From positions 608,001 to 672,000 of the forward strand of contig CBDBLX010000002.1 of the NCBI GenBank assembly GCA_965207445.1: a stretch of DNA of 64,000 nt. The letters are read 5' to 3'. The translations under genes were made by a program, and so were the position numbers. The notes under the pieces are model-generated. The model searched no databases and was not told where the DNA came from. It saw only the letters and a program-made list of their open reading frames with translations. Positions 32,165 to 42,781 of the stretch are shown in pieces (the stretch's first letter is position 1; the number at the start of each line of letters is the position of its first letter). The DNA comes from Nitrosopumilus sp. (GTDB lineage: Archaea; Thermoproteota; Nitrososphaeria; Nitrososphaerales; Nitrosopumilaceae).

Positions 32165-32440
32165 TCATGCGGTATAATAGTCGTGAATCTTTACTGTCGG
32201 AATCGTCTTTTTCCTGACGGCGGCCCTGATTCTCCTGCGCACATCCGCGGCGTCCTCCATTATGATGCCCGACAGTCTGCCCTTGATGCCGTCCCACTGC
32301 GTCTCGATGGGGTTCAGCTCCGGGGTGTAGGACAGAATGAATTCAAACTGCATGTACACGTCTGTGTCCTTTGTAAACTACCTGAGCTTTGCCTTGCGTG
32401 ATAGGCATAGACGTCGTTCTCCATCACGTCCAGTTTCATG
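32165..32440 (-). pseudogene. IS630-family transposase C-terminal remnant
   Basis: FILSYTPELNPIETQW motif; upstream part disrupted. Confidence 0.75.
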
Positions 32441-32643
32441 TCCACACTTCTATTAAGAGGTTGGGATTATTTGAGTCACTAAAATAGGGTGGGCCCGAAG
32501 GGCCCCGGTGTAGCTGTAGGAACGAGCTCATACAAGTAACAACGGCAGAAAGCGAACCGGGACGCTTACAATATCTCTGCCACTCTTTTTTCTCCTCAGA
32601 GCTCCGCTTAGATGACTGGGAACGAACTTGGGCATGCAGTCAT

Positions 32644-33996
32644 CTATTTGGCATCGGATGCCGAAAAGCGCCCTATGAATAGAATAGTACCGCTCTCATC
32701 GTCTTGTATGACAAAAATGAATGGGTGATCCGCCGTGAATCTGACTGGTTCTGGCCTTTCCCCTTCAGTCATAATCATAATGGTGGTGACTGCGGCGGCT
32801 TCCGTTCCCTCCTCGTTTATGTCGACAAACGCATCCTGAAATGCGCTGGAGACGAACAGATTTCCAGTCATCGCAAGATCTGCCATGCCCGAAAAGTCTG
32901 CGCTGTTTGGATCAAAGACGCGCGGAATTCCAAGGTTACTGAGATATGTACCGAGCGGATAATGGGTTTCTGCCTTGAACTTGGGCATCAAGACTATGAC
33001 CTCCGCAGGATGCAGCTGCTGCCGCCATGCGTCAATCTTTTCTGCAGATATTGTCTTCTCCAGTTGTTCTATGGTGTTTCTCTCCGACGGCAAAAACACC
33101 AGCATTGAGAGCCTGTCGCCCTCATAGGGCATCTGCAGGACCTCCACCCCGTCTGACTCGACATAGTTGAAAAAGTCGTGGTTTTGCATAAAGTCTATCT
33201 CGGCCGTAGCTGTATCGTTTTTCCAGAATGTGTCTGTCCCGGTGCTGTTTGGATCAAATTGCGTCACCCACGTTCCTTTGAAGTATATGGCGTTGTTCAG
33301 CACGGCCACAGTGAGCGGACCGAGGTCACTTGCCTCCACTACTTCGGTTATCTTGTCGTCCGTCTTGTCGGCCGCCCAGCCGTTTATGCGCTCCGCGCTC
33401 CCCTTGGGATCACCTGCAAAATCAAGCGTCTCAATGTCTGCCAGATATACATCACGCACAACATCCGTGTACGTGTCGTACGGAACGAACCAATTGGCAG
33501 GCCACAAGGCGTTTGCAGTCTCGAGGGTGGCATTGGGATCGTCGCGGTTAATTGAGGATATTGTCTGGACGACGTGCTCGTGACGGGCTTCCACATTCGA
33601 ATAAAAGCCAAACATGCGCTCCATCTCGGCGGCAGTCTCGGCCCGCGCGCCCTCGTACAAGAATGAAAAGGCCATGTACATGCTAAAGGGGGAAAAGAAG
33701 ATGGTCTCTTCCTTGTGGTCCGGATCCCCCGCTATCTGGTTATACATGTCTATTGCGAACGCGTTATGGCGCATCGTGGCCTCGCGTGGGGTCGCGGGAT
33801 CCGAGTATGGTGTGTCCGATGGTGCATGTGTAGGGACAGGCGGTTCTGTGGTCTGGGCTGCAGGAATCTCTGCTTGCTGCAGTGCGCCCGGATCGTCCTG
33901 CACGGGTGCGTTCAATGTCAATCCCACGTACGCGACGGCGACCACTACTACGGATACGGTGACTATGGCAACTGCCAGCATTCGGCGTCTGCTCAC
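32644..33996 (-). CDS. Membrane-anchored serpin (serine protease inhibitor)
   Basis: FFSPFS, NAIYFKGTW, hinge EEGTEAAAVT, FTADHPFIF; N-terminal TM after MSRRR. Confidence 0.95.
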   Translation of the reverse strand: MSRRRMLAVAIVTVSVVVVAVAYVGLTLNAPVQDDPGALQQAEIPAAQTTEPPVPTHAPSDTPYSDPATPREATMRHNAFAIDMYNQIAGDPDHKEETIFFSPFSMYMAFSFLYEGARAETAAEMERMFGFYSNVEARHEHVVQTISSINRDDPNATLETANALWPANWFVPYDTYTDVVRDVYLADIETLDFAGDPKGSAERINGWAADKTDDKITEVVEASDLGPLTVAVLNNAIYFKGTWVTQFDPNSTGTDTFWKNDTATAEIDFMQNHDFFNYVESDGVEVLQMPYEGDRLSMLVFLPSERNTIEQLEKTISAEKIDAWRQQLHPAEVIVLMPKFKAETHYPLGTYLSNLGIPRVFDPNSADFSGMADLAMTGNLFVSSAFQDAFVDINEEGTEAAAVTTIMIMTEGERPEPVRFTADHPFIFVIQDDESGTILFIGRFSASDAK

Positions 33997-34352
33997 TGTA
34001 TGATCACCGTGTACATGGCGCGCTCCAAGTTCTGGCCGTCATGGCCTGTGATCATAAAGGCGTACGTGCCGGGCATCATGCTGGACGTGCTTATCGACCG
34101 GGAAGTCTTGACTATAAGCGCCATGATGCTGTCTTGTTATGGGACACTGTTTTTAAACGCTGTGTTTGCTGGCTTAAATTAAGATATCTTTATATATGCA
34201 GGAGTATAATAAGATAGCATGGAAACACACAAGAGGACGGCGCGCGGGACGCTGGACGCGTACTGCGATCTGCTTGCAAGGAGCGCCGAGGTGTTATAAA
34301 CAAGTACGTCAGCACTATATCCAAGGATGAAGTCGCCGAGAGGCCGACCGAT

Positions 34353-35633
34353 ATGGGAAACAGTACAGACACAGAGAATGACACTGCCAAATACAACAAT
34401 CGCAAACGGACCGCAAAGACATCAAACAAGGCTAGGATGCTAAGCAATCCGGAGGTAAGCAGGTGGCACACCAACATGGCAAGAGGATCTGCCATTACAG
34501 CGGACATCACGCTCAGGCGCCTTGACGTGTTCTGCAGGACCCACCAGATGAGTCCCATGGAACTGGCTGGCTTGGGCATGAAAGATGTGCGCACCGCAAC
34601 AAACCTGTTGGAGGACCACATAACGTGGATGGAGGACAAAAAGTACGCCCCCAGCTACGTCAACAGCTACGTAAAAGCGGTAAAGTCATGGCTGGCGCAC
34701 TTTGACGTCGAGATAAGGCGGAGGATCAAGGTCAGGAACATGAACCAGACCCCGACGCTGCAGGACGAGCGCGTCCCGGACGCATCGGAGATTGCAGAGG
34801 TCTTTGCAAGGGCGCCACTGCGAACCGCGGCGATGATCTCGCTGATGTCAAAGTCAGGCGTGAGGCCAGAGGTGATGGGAAACCATGACGGTACGGACGG
34901 ATTGAGCATGCGCGATCTGCCAGACGTTGTAATACATCAGGGCGTGGCAAAGTGCATCAGGATGCCGTGCCAGATTGTGGTACGGGCCGATCTCTCAAAG
35001 ACTAGGCACCAGTATTTCACGTTCCTGACCGCATCTGGCACGACAAAGCTGCTTGCGTATCTGAACGACAGGCTGGCGTGCGGCGAGCCGCTGCACGGCG
35101 AGTCGGCTGTGATAGCGCCCGACCACAGGCACCTGCAGCACCGCACCAGACATGCGCTCAAGACGTTCATCACGACGCTACAGATTGGCAAGGAGATCCG
35201 CAAGACATTCCGCCCTAGGTTTCAGTGGAGACCGTATATACTGCGGGCCTACTTTGACACGCAACTGCTGATCGCAGAGTCAAAGGGTAGGATTGCACAC
35301 GACTTTCGCGTCTTCTTCATGGGCCACAAGGGAAGCATGGAGGCAAGGTACACGACCAACAAGGGAATGCTGCCGGAGATGCTGACCCAGGAAATGCGCG
35401 AGTCCTTTGTGAGATCCGAGGAATTTCTGGACCTGGAGGATCACATGACGCACGAGCAGCACGACATGATGCAGAACCACAAGCAGGAGCTACAGGATGC
35501 AATACAGAGCGCGACGCCAGAACAGCTGGGCCTGATGCTAGAGGCGCTTAGAAAGAGCGCCGGCAATATGCAGAGTCCGGCTTGCCACCAGCAGAACAGA
35601 CCGTTGCAGACGCCGATGCCGCAGAGCGCCTGA
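34353..35633 (+). CDS. Tyrosine recombinase / integrase
   Basis: SGVRPE (R), LSKTR (K), YILR, MGH, EARYT (Y); adjacent to tRNA. Confidence 0.9.
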   Translation: MGNSTDTENDTAKYNNRKRTAKTSNKARMLSNPEVSRWHTNMARGSAITADITLRRLDVFCRTHQMSPMELAGLGMKDVRTATNLLEDHITWMEDKKYAPSYVNSYVKAVKSWLAHFDVEIRRRIKVRNMNQTPTLQDERVPDASEIAEVFARAPLRTAAMISLMSKSGVRPEVMGNHDGTDGLSMRDLPDVVIHQGVAKCIRMPCQIVVRADLSKTRHQYFTFLTASGTTKLLAYLNDRLACGEPLHGESAVIAPDHRHLQHRTRHALKTFITTLQIGKEIRKTFRPRFQWRPYILRAYFDTQLLIAESKGRIAHDFRVFFMGHKGSMEARYTTNKGMLPEMLTQEMRESFVRSEEFLDLEDHMTHEQHDMMQNHKQELQDAIQSATPEQLGLMLEALRKSAGNMQSPACHQQNRPLQTPMPQSA

Positions 35634-35755
35634 TTGTACAGCACGGATGGCGGTACGCGGGCACGTTGCCAAACGGCAAGGTCGTGCTACAGCGCCAGCG
35701 ACAACAACCATCACAGCAACGACAACCAACAAGGAGCTCGTTCCAGATGTAGGAG

Positions 35756-35829
35756 TGGGCCCGAAGGGCTTCGATCCCATGGCTCACCGGTTATGAGCCG
35801 GTTACTCTACCAAGCTGAGTTACGGGCCC
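35756..35829 (-). tRNA. tRNA with CAT anticodon, probably tRNA-Ile2(CAU)
   Basis: GGGCCCG/CGGGCCC acceptor (Ile-type), ACCGG-CTCATAA-CCGGT anticodon arm. Confidence 0.88.
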
Positions 35830-36059
35830 TCATCAAATGTACTTTATACCGAGGTATAAAATGTTGCTAGGTGATGTACGTAATCAATTTCAATGTACAA
35901 AATATTAACACTAATCAATAACAACTACGTATAAAGTTAAAAAATAATATATCATTATCAACAACATGTCAAAAAAACATAAAACACATCAGTTAAAATT
36001 AAAGGGGATATAGACACATCAGTACAAATCAAAGTAAAAAATTAAAATAAAAAGTGGTG

Positions 36060-36731
36060 TTACTTGCAGTATTCTTCATAGCATGAATCAAGCAACAAAT
36101 TTTGTGCAGAGACTGATTTTGATGCAGTGTCAAGTAGTAAAGATGCAGATTCACCACTAGGGTTCAACACAACATCATCAAAGTCCTCAATTATGTGCTG
36201 CCACAATGCTGCATGTCGAATATCTGCCTCTGTATGTAGATCAAAGTATCGCGTAGATTGCTCATCCACAATGCCATAGAATGATTCTAGTCCATCAAGT
36301 TTGGTCTGACTTACTTTTGGAATCTGTTTCTCAAAAGCATACATTGCAGAAGCTCCGGCATAAAAGCCAGATGCACTCATCAAACTCCCAAGATCGTTGA
36401 CTGCTTGTGATGTCTTTGGTAACCCCTCGTAACTTGTCAGTTCTGACTCAGATACGCCCAGCCGATCTGCAAAATCAATCCACGGTGATATGTGATCTGA
36501 CTCTTCTTGACGATTCTCTTCTAATTCAGCAACAAAAGGTGTAGATTCAGGAGCAGATTCAATTATCGCGTCCATGAATTTTGGAACAGCTTTTACTAGC
36601 TGAAAGTACTCTTTAGAGTATCCTGCAAGAGATGCCATTGATAGTTCACCAGCAGACCACATCTCATAAAATGGATGTTTGAGGAGGCTTCGTTGTTCAA
36701 TTACCTCATCGATGTACCTTACAAGGCTCAT
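36060..36731 (-). CDS. PqqC/CADD-like heme-oxygenase-like diiron protein
   Basis: LLKHPFY..W, EESDH, YAFE, HTEADIRH metal ligands. Confidence 0.82.
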   Translation of the reverse strand: MSLVRYIDEVIEQRSLLKHPFYEMWSAGELSMASLAGYSKEYFQLVKAVPKFMDAIIESAPESTPFVAELEENRQEESDHISPWIDFADRLGVSESELTSYEGLPKTSQAVNDLGSLMSASGFYAGASAMYAFEKQIPKVSQTKLDGLESFYGIVDEQSTRYFDLHTEADIRHAALWQHIIEDFDDVVLNPSGESASLLLDTASKSVSAQNLLLDSCYEEYCK

Positions 36732-37011
36732 ATTTGGACTCTCAAATAACACTAAAAAAATCTTTGGAGTTATTATTTAAAAACAAGAGGAAACTTTCGT
36801 ATTTGTGAATACTGAAATTGATCATGCATATAATGCACCATAATATCATAATAACTCATTTCACATTGAAATGATGAAAGTGCATCATGCTGTATGAATT
36901 ATAATAACATGGTAGTATAATAATCATTAATAATAATAGTAATAATAATAACAATAATAACAGTAATAATAATAACAGTAATAATAATAACGTCGTATAA
37001 TCCGATGATCG

Positions 37012-37923
37012 TCAGCGTTGTTTGTCAATAACATCTCGCAACGAATGTATATGATCTGGTGTCGTACCACAACACCCACCTATAATTCGAATGCTACGAT
37101 ATTTTTGTATGATATCTGACATTATATTTACCATCTCTGCAGGTTGCAACGGATACTCATCGGCATTGTCCATATCAGGTATGCCTGCATTTGGAACAAC
37201 TAGTAATGGATGACTACTATTCTCATCACGCCATTGTATAGAATTTATCATCTCTTCAGGTCCTGTGTTACAATTCAAGCCAAATACATCGATTCCCATG
37301 CCAGATATAGTAACATAAGCAGATTCAGTAGATGTACCCATCAACATCTTGTTTGCTTGTGCAAGTGTAATATTAGCAAAGATAGGAATGTCAGTGTCAG
37401 TGCGTTTTATTGCACTCATCGCAGTTTTTAACTCTAGTATATCTTGACTAGTCTCTAAAACTAAAGCATCAACACCACCACGTATCAATCCCGATGCTTG
37501 CAGATAAAACGCATTTTCCAGATCATCAAGTGACATCTCTACTTCTGGTGGGTTTTTCATAGTTGGCATATAGCCAGACGGTCCCATACTACCAATCACA
37601 TATTTATTATCAAATAAGTCGGCCACCGTTCTTGCCAAACTAGCAGCATTTTTGTTAAAGTCTGCTGTTTGATCACCAAACCCATACTCATCGAGTTTTA
37701 TCTTATTAGAACCAAAAGTGTTAGTAGTTATACAATCAGCACCGGACTCTAAATAATTTCGATAAACTACTTGTAACCATTCTGGGTGTGTGACATTCAA
37801 GCCATCATTGAATCCTTGCTTGTTTCCTGGAAAGTCACTATCTACAGGGTTGTGTTTTTGTAGTTGTGTATCTATTGCGCCATCAAACAACAATATCTTG
37901 GACTTTAGATCATCTCGTAGCAT
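37012..37923 (-). CDS. Homocysteine S-methyltransferase domain protein (stand-alone MetH N-terminal module)
   Basis: LFDGA, TNTFG, GLNC, GGCCGTTPDHI. Confidence 0.9.
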   Translation of the reverse strand: MLRDDLKSKILLFDGAIDTQLQKHNPVDSDFPGNKQGFNDGLNVTHPEWLQVVYRNYLESGADCITTNTFGSNKIKLDEYGFGDQTADFNKNAASLARTVADLFDNKYVIGSMGPSGYMPTMKNPPEVEMSLDDLENAFYLQASGLIRGGVDALVLETSQDILELKTAMSAIKRTDTDIPIFANITLAQANKMLMGTSTESAYVTISGMGIDVFGLNCNTGPEEMINSIQWRDENSSHPLLVVPNAGIPDMDNADEYPLQPAEMVNIMSDIIQKYRSIRIIGGCCGTTPDHIHSLRDVIDKQR

Positions 37924-38365
37924 AAAGAACAAACAGACAATACAGCATCTTAATATATGTTATAGTGCAAAAATATTACAAATACCAATTAAATTAATAT
38001 AAAAGATCATTTATTTTAAGTAGAAATAAAAATCACAAACAAAAATACAGATCATAAATTACATGTAATTATAATACGAATAATTTGATAACATATTTAC
38101 AAAATCATAAAATGATTTTTATATATATCCAGAGTTTTCTGATATGTTATGTTTATTATATGCACTTGTAACTAGTCACCAAGATGTCTACAAGTAAAAC
38201 CACCTGTTCACTCAAACAACAACATTAACCACAACAACAACCACCACATCAAAACACTGCAATTCAGGTGTGATCAATGATTGCAAATTTAAATCTCTTT
38301 ACCAAAACATGCATCTAGATGCATTAACAAAGGATTTTATGCTAAAATATTAGAATATTGATGTT

Positions 38366-38459
38366 GTTCCAGTGGTGTAGACCGGTCAAGCATACTGCCC
38401 TTTCAAGGCAGTGATCCCGGGTTCAAAATCACACGATGAAAGTCCCGGCTGGAGCACCA
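38366..38459 (+). tRNA. tRNA-Glu(TTC) with a 15-nt non-canonical intron in the T-loop (38428-38442) and encoded CCA
   Basis: GTTCCAG/CTGGAGC acceptor, CTGCC-CTTTCAA-GGCAG anticodon arm, bulge-helix-bulge in the T-arm. Confidence 0.9.
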
Positions 38460-38504
38460 AGATTTAATTAGTTGAGATGTAATTTTTAATATAGGCAGAC
38501 CTTT

Positions 38505-39356
38505 ATGGAAAGCGAGAAAGTAGAGATTAATCCACTTGCAGAGGCTTATGGAGATTACATAAAGAGAATTAATAGTGCACTTAACTATGAGCTTGCACTA
38601 TACAAAGAATCAGAGTTCATAGAGCCACTAGAATACTCACTTGAAGGCGGTAAGAGAATTAGACCTTTGATATTGATACTAGCTGCGGAGTGTGTAGGAG
38701 ATGTAGATGAGAATGCATTCACAGCATCATGTGCAGTAGAATTTTTGCATATGGAGTCCATAATACATGACGACATTATAGACAATGAGACGGTAAGAAG
38801 ACAAAAGGATCCATTTCACATAAAATATGGGTATAATACAAGTATACTTACAGGTGACTTTGTTCTAGGACTCATACTAGCAATATGCTCTAGGCTAGAC
38901 AACTCTAGAGTGACAAAAGATTTAGCTACTACTGCAATGTTGATGAGCGAAGGTGAGATGATAGAGGGAATGCTAGAGACAAGTCAAGATGTGACGTTTG
39001 ATGACTATCTAAAGGTCATAGAATACAAGACAGCAACAGCATTTGAGGTTGCATCTAGGACAGGTGCCATAATGGGCGGAGGTACAGAAGAGCAAATAGA
39101 GGCTCTCACAGAGTACGGACGAAATATCGGAATTGCATACCAAATAAGAGATGATCTTCTTGATTGGAAGAACGAAGACAAACTGTTTAATCTCTTGATA
39201 AAACACAGCTCTGATCCAAGACACGTGTTTGACAAGATGGAAGAACTGTTAACACAGTACTCTCAAAAAGCAACAAATGGACTGAGAAAGATTCCAGACA
39301 GCTCTGCAAAGGAGGGTTTGGAGAATCTAATAAGGCTCACATCATACAAAATGTGA
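38505..39356 (+). CDS. Polyprenyl (geranylgeranyl-type) diphosphate synthase
   Basis: GGKRIRP, HDDIID..RR, KTA, YQIRDDLLD. Confidence 0.92.
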   Translation: MESEKVEINPLAEAYGDYIKRINSALNYELALYKESEFIEPLEYSLEGGKRIRPLILILAAECVGDVDENAFTASCAVEFLHMESIIHDDIIDNETVRRQKDPFHIKYGYNTSILTGDFVLGLILAICSRLDNSRVTKDLATTAMLMSEGEMIEGMLETSQDVTFDDYLKVIEYKTATAFEVASRTGAIMGGGTEEQIEALTEYGRNIGIAYQIRDDLLDWKNEDKLFNLLIKHSSDPRHVFDKMEELLTQYSQKATNGLRKIPDSSAKEGLENLIRLTSYKM

Positions 39357-39379
39357 CAAAAATTTCAAAACAAAATTAA

Positions 39380-39413
39380 TTTCATTATTGTGTCCAAAGA
39401 GCTTGGCTCACAC
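39380..39413 (+). mobile_element. Solo right end of MITE family A
   Basis: TTATTGTGTCCAAAGAGCTTGGCTCACAC matches the family end. Confidence 0.6.
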
Positions 39414-39641
39414 GATTTATTGTATAGTGGTCATCCAACTGATCTATTTAATTTTTAAAGTGGTGTTTGGAAGAGATGTTGCTGCGATGAAGAATCAGAG
39501 TTAGTCTGAGATTGATGATGTAAAGGCATTTGTCTGAGCAGACCATTTTTAAATAATTATTTTTTAATTTTAATAATCCTTGACACTTGTAATCTTTTTA
39601 CAAAACCACAGAAATTTATTTTAGATCATATCAATAAATTT

Positions 39642-41018
39642 ATGCCTGAAGTATGGCTCAATTATGGTAAGACCGAAGTTGCTTTGGATATTATGGCCGA
39701 GAATCTTGATGTAATACTTGGATCAAATACTGTCTTAAATAAACCCACATTGCAACCGGTTGAGGGTGATGTCAACTCACATACTCTCGATGATCATAAT
39801 GATGATAATTCTCAAAATTTTGATACTGTTGATGACGCCGCTAAAATTATGGATGATACTATTGAAACTACACCTGACCCCACACCTGACCCCACACCTG
39901 ATACCGCACCTGACCCCACACCTGATACCGCACCTGACACTCCAAACACCATAAACAACACACTTGACACTTCTAAGATCGTAGAACGATTAAGTACGCT
40001 TGATATTACAAAACCACTTGACCTAGTTTTAATGCACGACACCCATGCAATCCGGCAGATAGTATCAACATTGTTTGATATGTGTGAGCAGCGTTCTGTT
40101 CCGTTCCCAAAGATACTGGCAGATCGAGATGTGTGGCTGAGCCTCAAATCCGGACTACCAGAAGGTAGTGTTGTAAGTGAATTTGTATTACAATCACTGC
40201 ATCGTATGTCTGGTGACAATCCTGTTGACGAAGATCATGTCGACACACAACATACCGACTCCAATCATCGTAATTTGATCTTTGTAGCAGAAGCAGAATT
40301 TGATGGATTATTCGGATATGAGACTGTTGCAACTAGACTAATACGCAAGTTTGGACGCGATGAGATGCTTGTAGCATATACAAAGCGAAATAGCAACACA
40401 CCATCTCCAGGACAGCACACAAAATGCCTTGATGAAGCTATTGAATTTGTTGACTGTTTTGAGATTCAAGGAATTGACATTGTTGCCAATTTAAATGGGA
40501 TATGTGACATTTTCATAGGACACCCATCAAAAACCACTTTACAGGCTTGTGCATCATTAGAATCAAATTCTATAATTGGTATTACGGGGCATCAAAAGAG
40601 TGCCATAGTTAGTACTGGCAAGACCTCTAGTAATCTGACACTTGGTAATGCACTCTCATCTATATGGAATAGTCGTGTTGCCGTGCGCAATAATGGTTTG
40701 TTTGTATTGGTTGCAGAGTGCTCTAACGGACTCGGTTCTGCTGCACTGCAAATGTATGTGGAAGGAAGACTGTCAATTGATAATCTACTTAACCCGTCTA
40801 CATACATTGACGGAATGGAAGATCTGTTATTTTTATCAGAAATCAAAAAGAATTTTCAAATAGCCCTGATCTCCGTACTACCTGAGGTATACACAAACAA
40901 GCTTGGATTCGTATCGATGATGGGAATGAAACACGCACTTGAATACATGCACAAGACTCAGGGTGCTCGTCACAAATCCATTGTGGTGATCGATGGATCT
41001 CGTTTGTTGTTACGATAA
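39642..41018 (+). CDS. LarA/DUF2088 (lactate-racemase-like) domain protein with acidic/Pro-Thr insertion
   Basis: VWLNYGK N-terminus, LVAECSNGLGS C-terminal motif; PDPT/PDTA 12-bp repeats at 39870-39940. Confidence 0.6.
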   Translation: MPEVWLNYGKTEVALDIMAENLDVILGSNTVLNKPTLQPVEGDVNSHTLDDHNDDNSQNFDTVDDAAKIMDDTIETTPDPTPDPTPDTAPDPTPDTAPDTPNTINNTLDTSKIVERLSTLDITKPLDLVLMHDTHAIRQIVSTLFDMCEQRSVPFPKILADRDVWLSLKSGLPEGSVVSEFVLQSLHRMSGDNPVDEDHVDTQHTDSNHRNLIFVAEAEFDGLFGYETVATRLIRKFGRDEMLVAYTKRNSNTPSPGQHTKCLDEAIEFVDCFEIQGIDIVANLNGICDIFIGHPSKTTLQACASLESNSIIGITGHQKSAIVSTGKTSSNLTLGNALSSIWNSRVAVRNNGLFVLVAECSNGLGSAALQMYVEGRLSIDNLLNPSTYIDGMEDLLFLSEIKKNFQIALISVLPEVYTNKLGFVSMMGMKHALEYMHKTQGARHKSIVVIDGSRLLLR

Positions 41019-42119
41019 AAATGGTATTGAGGATGGAATAGGCGTACATATTACTGCAAGCCCCACCACTACCACGTATGCAATTTTTCTGTTCTTTGGA
41101 AGTGGTGTTACCTCATCAAGTGGTGTTGCACTTGGATTTCGCATGCTCATAAACAGTATCAAAACTGCCATTATCCAGTATCCCAATATGACTAGTATTG
41201 CCATACTACCATATGTGGCATATTTGTGCATATTTGGACTCATAAAAGTTCTTGCCATATGCCCACCATCAAGCTGCCATGCAGGCAACAGGTTCAAAAA
41301 TGTAATCAAAAAACCCACCCATGCTGCAAACATCACTGGTGTCATTATAACCTCGTGTCCCTCACCACCTTTGCCAAACATGGCCAAACTTGCAGTTAAG
41401 AGCAAGGGCTCTCCATGATTCCATTCACTTAACATTCTACTCTCAAACATGCCTGCTGCAATCTCGTCTCCTATAGTGGGTGCAGTGTATGCGCCATATA
41501 CTGACACAATAATGGCAATGGCTAATCCTGCAACGGGTCCTGCAATAGCCACATCAAATAGTATGGCACGATTAATTGTAAGCCCCTTTGATTGGATAAA
41601 TGCACCAAATGTGGGAATTCCAATTACGGGCAAACCGGGTATAAAATATGGCCACGTGGTTTTGAGTCCATGTATTCGTGATGCTATAATATGTCCTGCT
41701 TCATGCACACCGAGTATTCCTAGTAATGCTACTGTGTATATAATGGCAATCTCAAGTGGATCTCCGATCTCAATTATATTATTTGTACTTGATGTGCGCC
41801 AAAATCCATCTATCATAACAAATGCAATTACCACACCAAAGAGTATTCTTGGGGTCCATGCTGCATCAAGAAGTCTATGTGGTTTTTGTTTTTGGAATTT
41901 TTGTACTATGATGTAAAGTGAGTCGTGCACCTTTGTCATCTTTGCCATATACTCTGTGCCCTCTAATGTTCTTGCAAGTTTCTCAAAATTGGATGATGAT
42001 TCAAAACTATTATCGTTTATCCTAAACTCTAGTGTAAATTCTGTTTTTATGATTTGCGTCACATCAAATAACGACTCTATTGTCTGTATGACATCTGTAT
42101 GTGGTTCTACATCTTCCAT
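41010..42119 (-). CDS. Site-2 protease (M50)
   Basis: HEAGH, AGP, NLLPAWQLDGG. Confidence 0.93.
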   Translation of the reverse strand: MEDVEPHTDVIQTIESLFDVTQIIKTEFTLEFRINDNSFESSSNFEKLARTLEGTEYMAKMTKVHDSLYIIVQKFQKQKPHRLLDAAWTPRILFGVVIAFVMIDGFWRTSSTNNIIEIGDPLEIAIIYTVALLGILGVHEAGHIIASRIHGLKTTWPYFIPGLPVIGIPTFGAFIQSKGLTINRAILFDVAIAGPVAGLAIAIIVSVYGAYTAPTIGDEIAAGMFESRMLSEWNHGEPLLLTASLAMFGKGGEGHEVIMTPVMFAAWVGFLITFLNLLPAWQLDGGHMARTFMSPNMHKYATYGSMAILVILGYWIMAVLILFMSMRNPSATPLDEVTPLPKNRKIAYVVVVGLAVICTPIPSSIPFLS

Positions 42120-42192
42120 GACTTACAATACCTATAATGTTTATTGTCTCTTATGTGCTTTGAATTAAATATAAAGTGTCTGATATGCACAT

Positions 42193-42690
42193 ATGCAAGA
42201 TGTCTTAAGAAGTGTGGGAGATTGCACCATAAGACGCGCAGACACTCTTGATATTATTTCTGTAATGGAGATAAATCTTAAGACATTGCCAGAACATTAT
42301 TCTGATTATTTTTATGAGGCTATACTTGCAGAGATGCCAGAAGCATTTTTGGTGGCACAAGTAGATGATAAGATAGTCGGATATATCATGTGTAAAGTTG
42401 AGCATGGATTTTCAAACTTTCGGAAACTTGGATTTGTCAAAAAAGGTCATATGGTATCAGTTGCTGTATTAGATGAGTATCGAAGAGGTGGAATTGGACG
42501 TGTATTGGTAGAAGAGTCGATAAAAGGAGTGGCCATGCGTGGATGCGACGAGTTTTATTTAGAGGTGAGATGTAGCAACATGTTAGCTGTCCGGCTATAT
42601 GAGCGACTCGGTTTTGAGGTAAGACAGAGACTTGGTGCGTATTACAAGGATGGTGAGGATGCGTACTTGATGTCAAAAGAAATAAATTAA
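42193..42690 (+). CDS. N-terminal acetyltransferase (RimI/Ard1 GNAT)
   Basis: LPEHY, YRRGGIG, LEVR.SN..A..LY, YYKDGEDAYLM. Confidence 0.9.
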   Translation: MQDVLRSVGDCTIRRADTLDIISVMEINLKTLPEHYSDYFYEAILAEMPEAFLVAQVDDKIVGYIMCKVEHGFSNFRKLGFVKKGHMVSVAVLDEYRRGGIGRVLVEESIKGVAMRGCDEFYLEVRCSNMLAVRLYERLGFEVRQRLGAYYKDGEDAYLMSKEIN

Positions 42691-42781
42691 AACTATATGT
42701 ATATACATCTATTTTTATTTGTTTTTATGTGATGAGTAATATATACAAAATCTAAAATATACCACATTTTGTCTTTATTTT

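Larger units (their letters stand above)
32489..35769. mobile_element. 3.3 kb integrative element (integrase + serpin) in the 3' end of tRNA(CAT)
   Basis: 15-bp direct repeat GTGGGCCCGAAGGGC at 32489-32503 and 35755-35769 (tRNA 3' end); visibly higher GC. Confidence 0.8.

Noticed and set aside
32704..35870. Many overlapping alternative ORFs in the serpin/integrase element
   Set aside because: Shadow frames expected from high GC; no motifs, apart from the -1 integrase tail reported as a finding.
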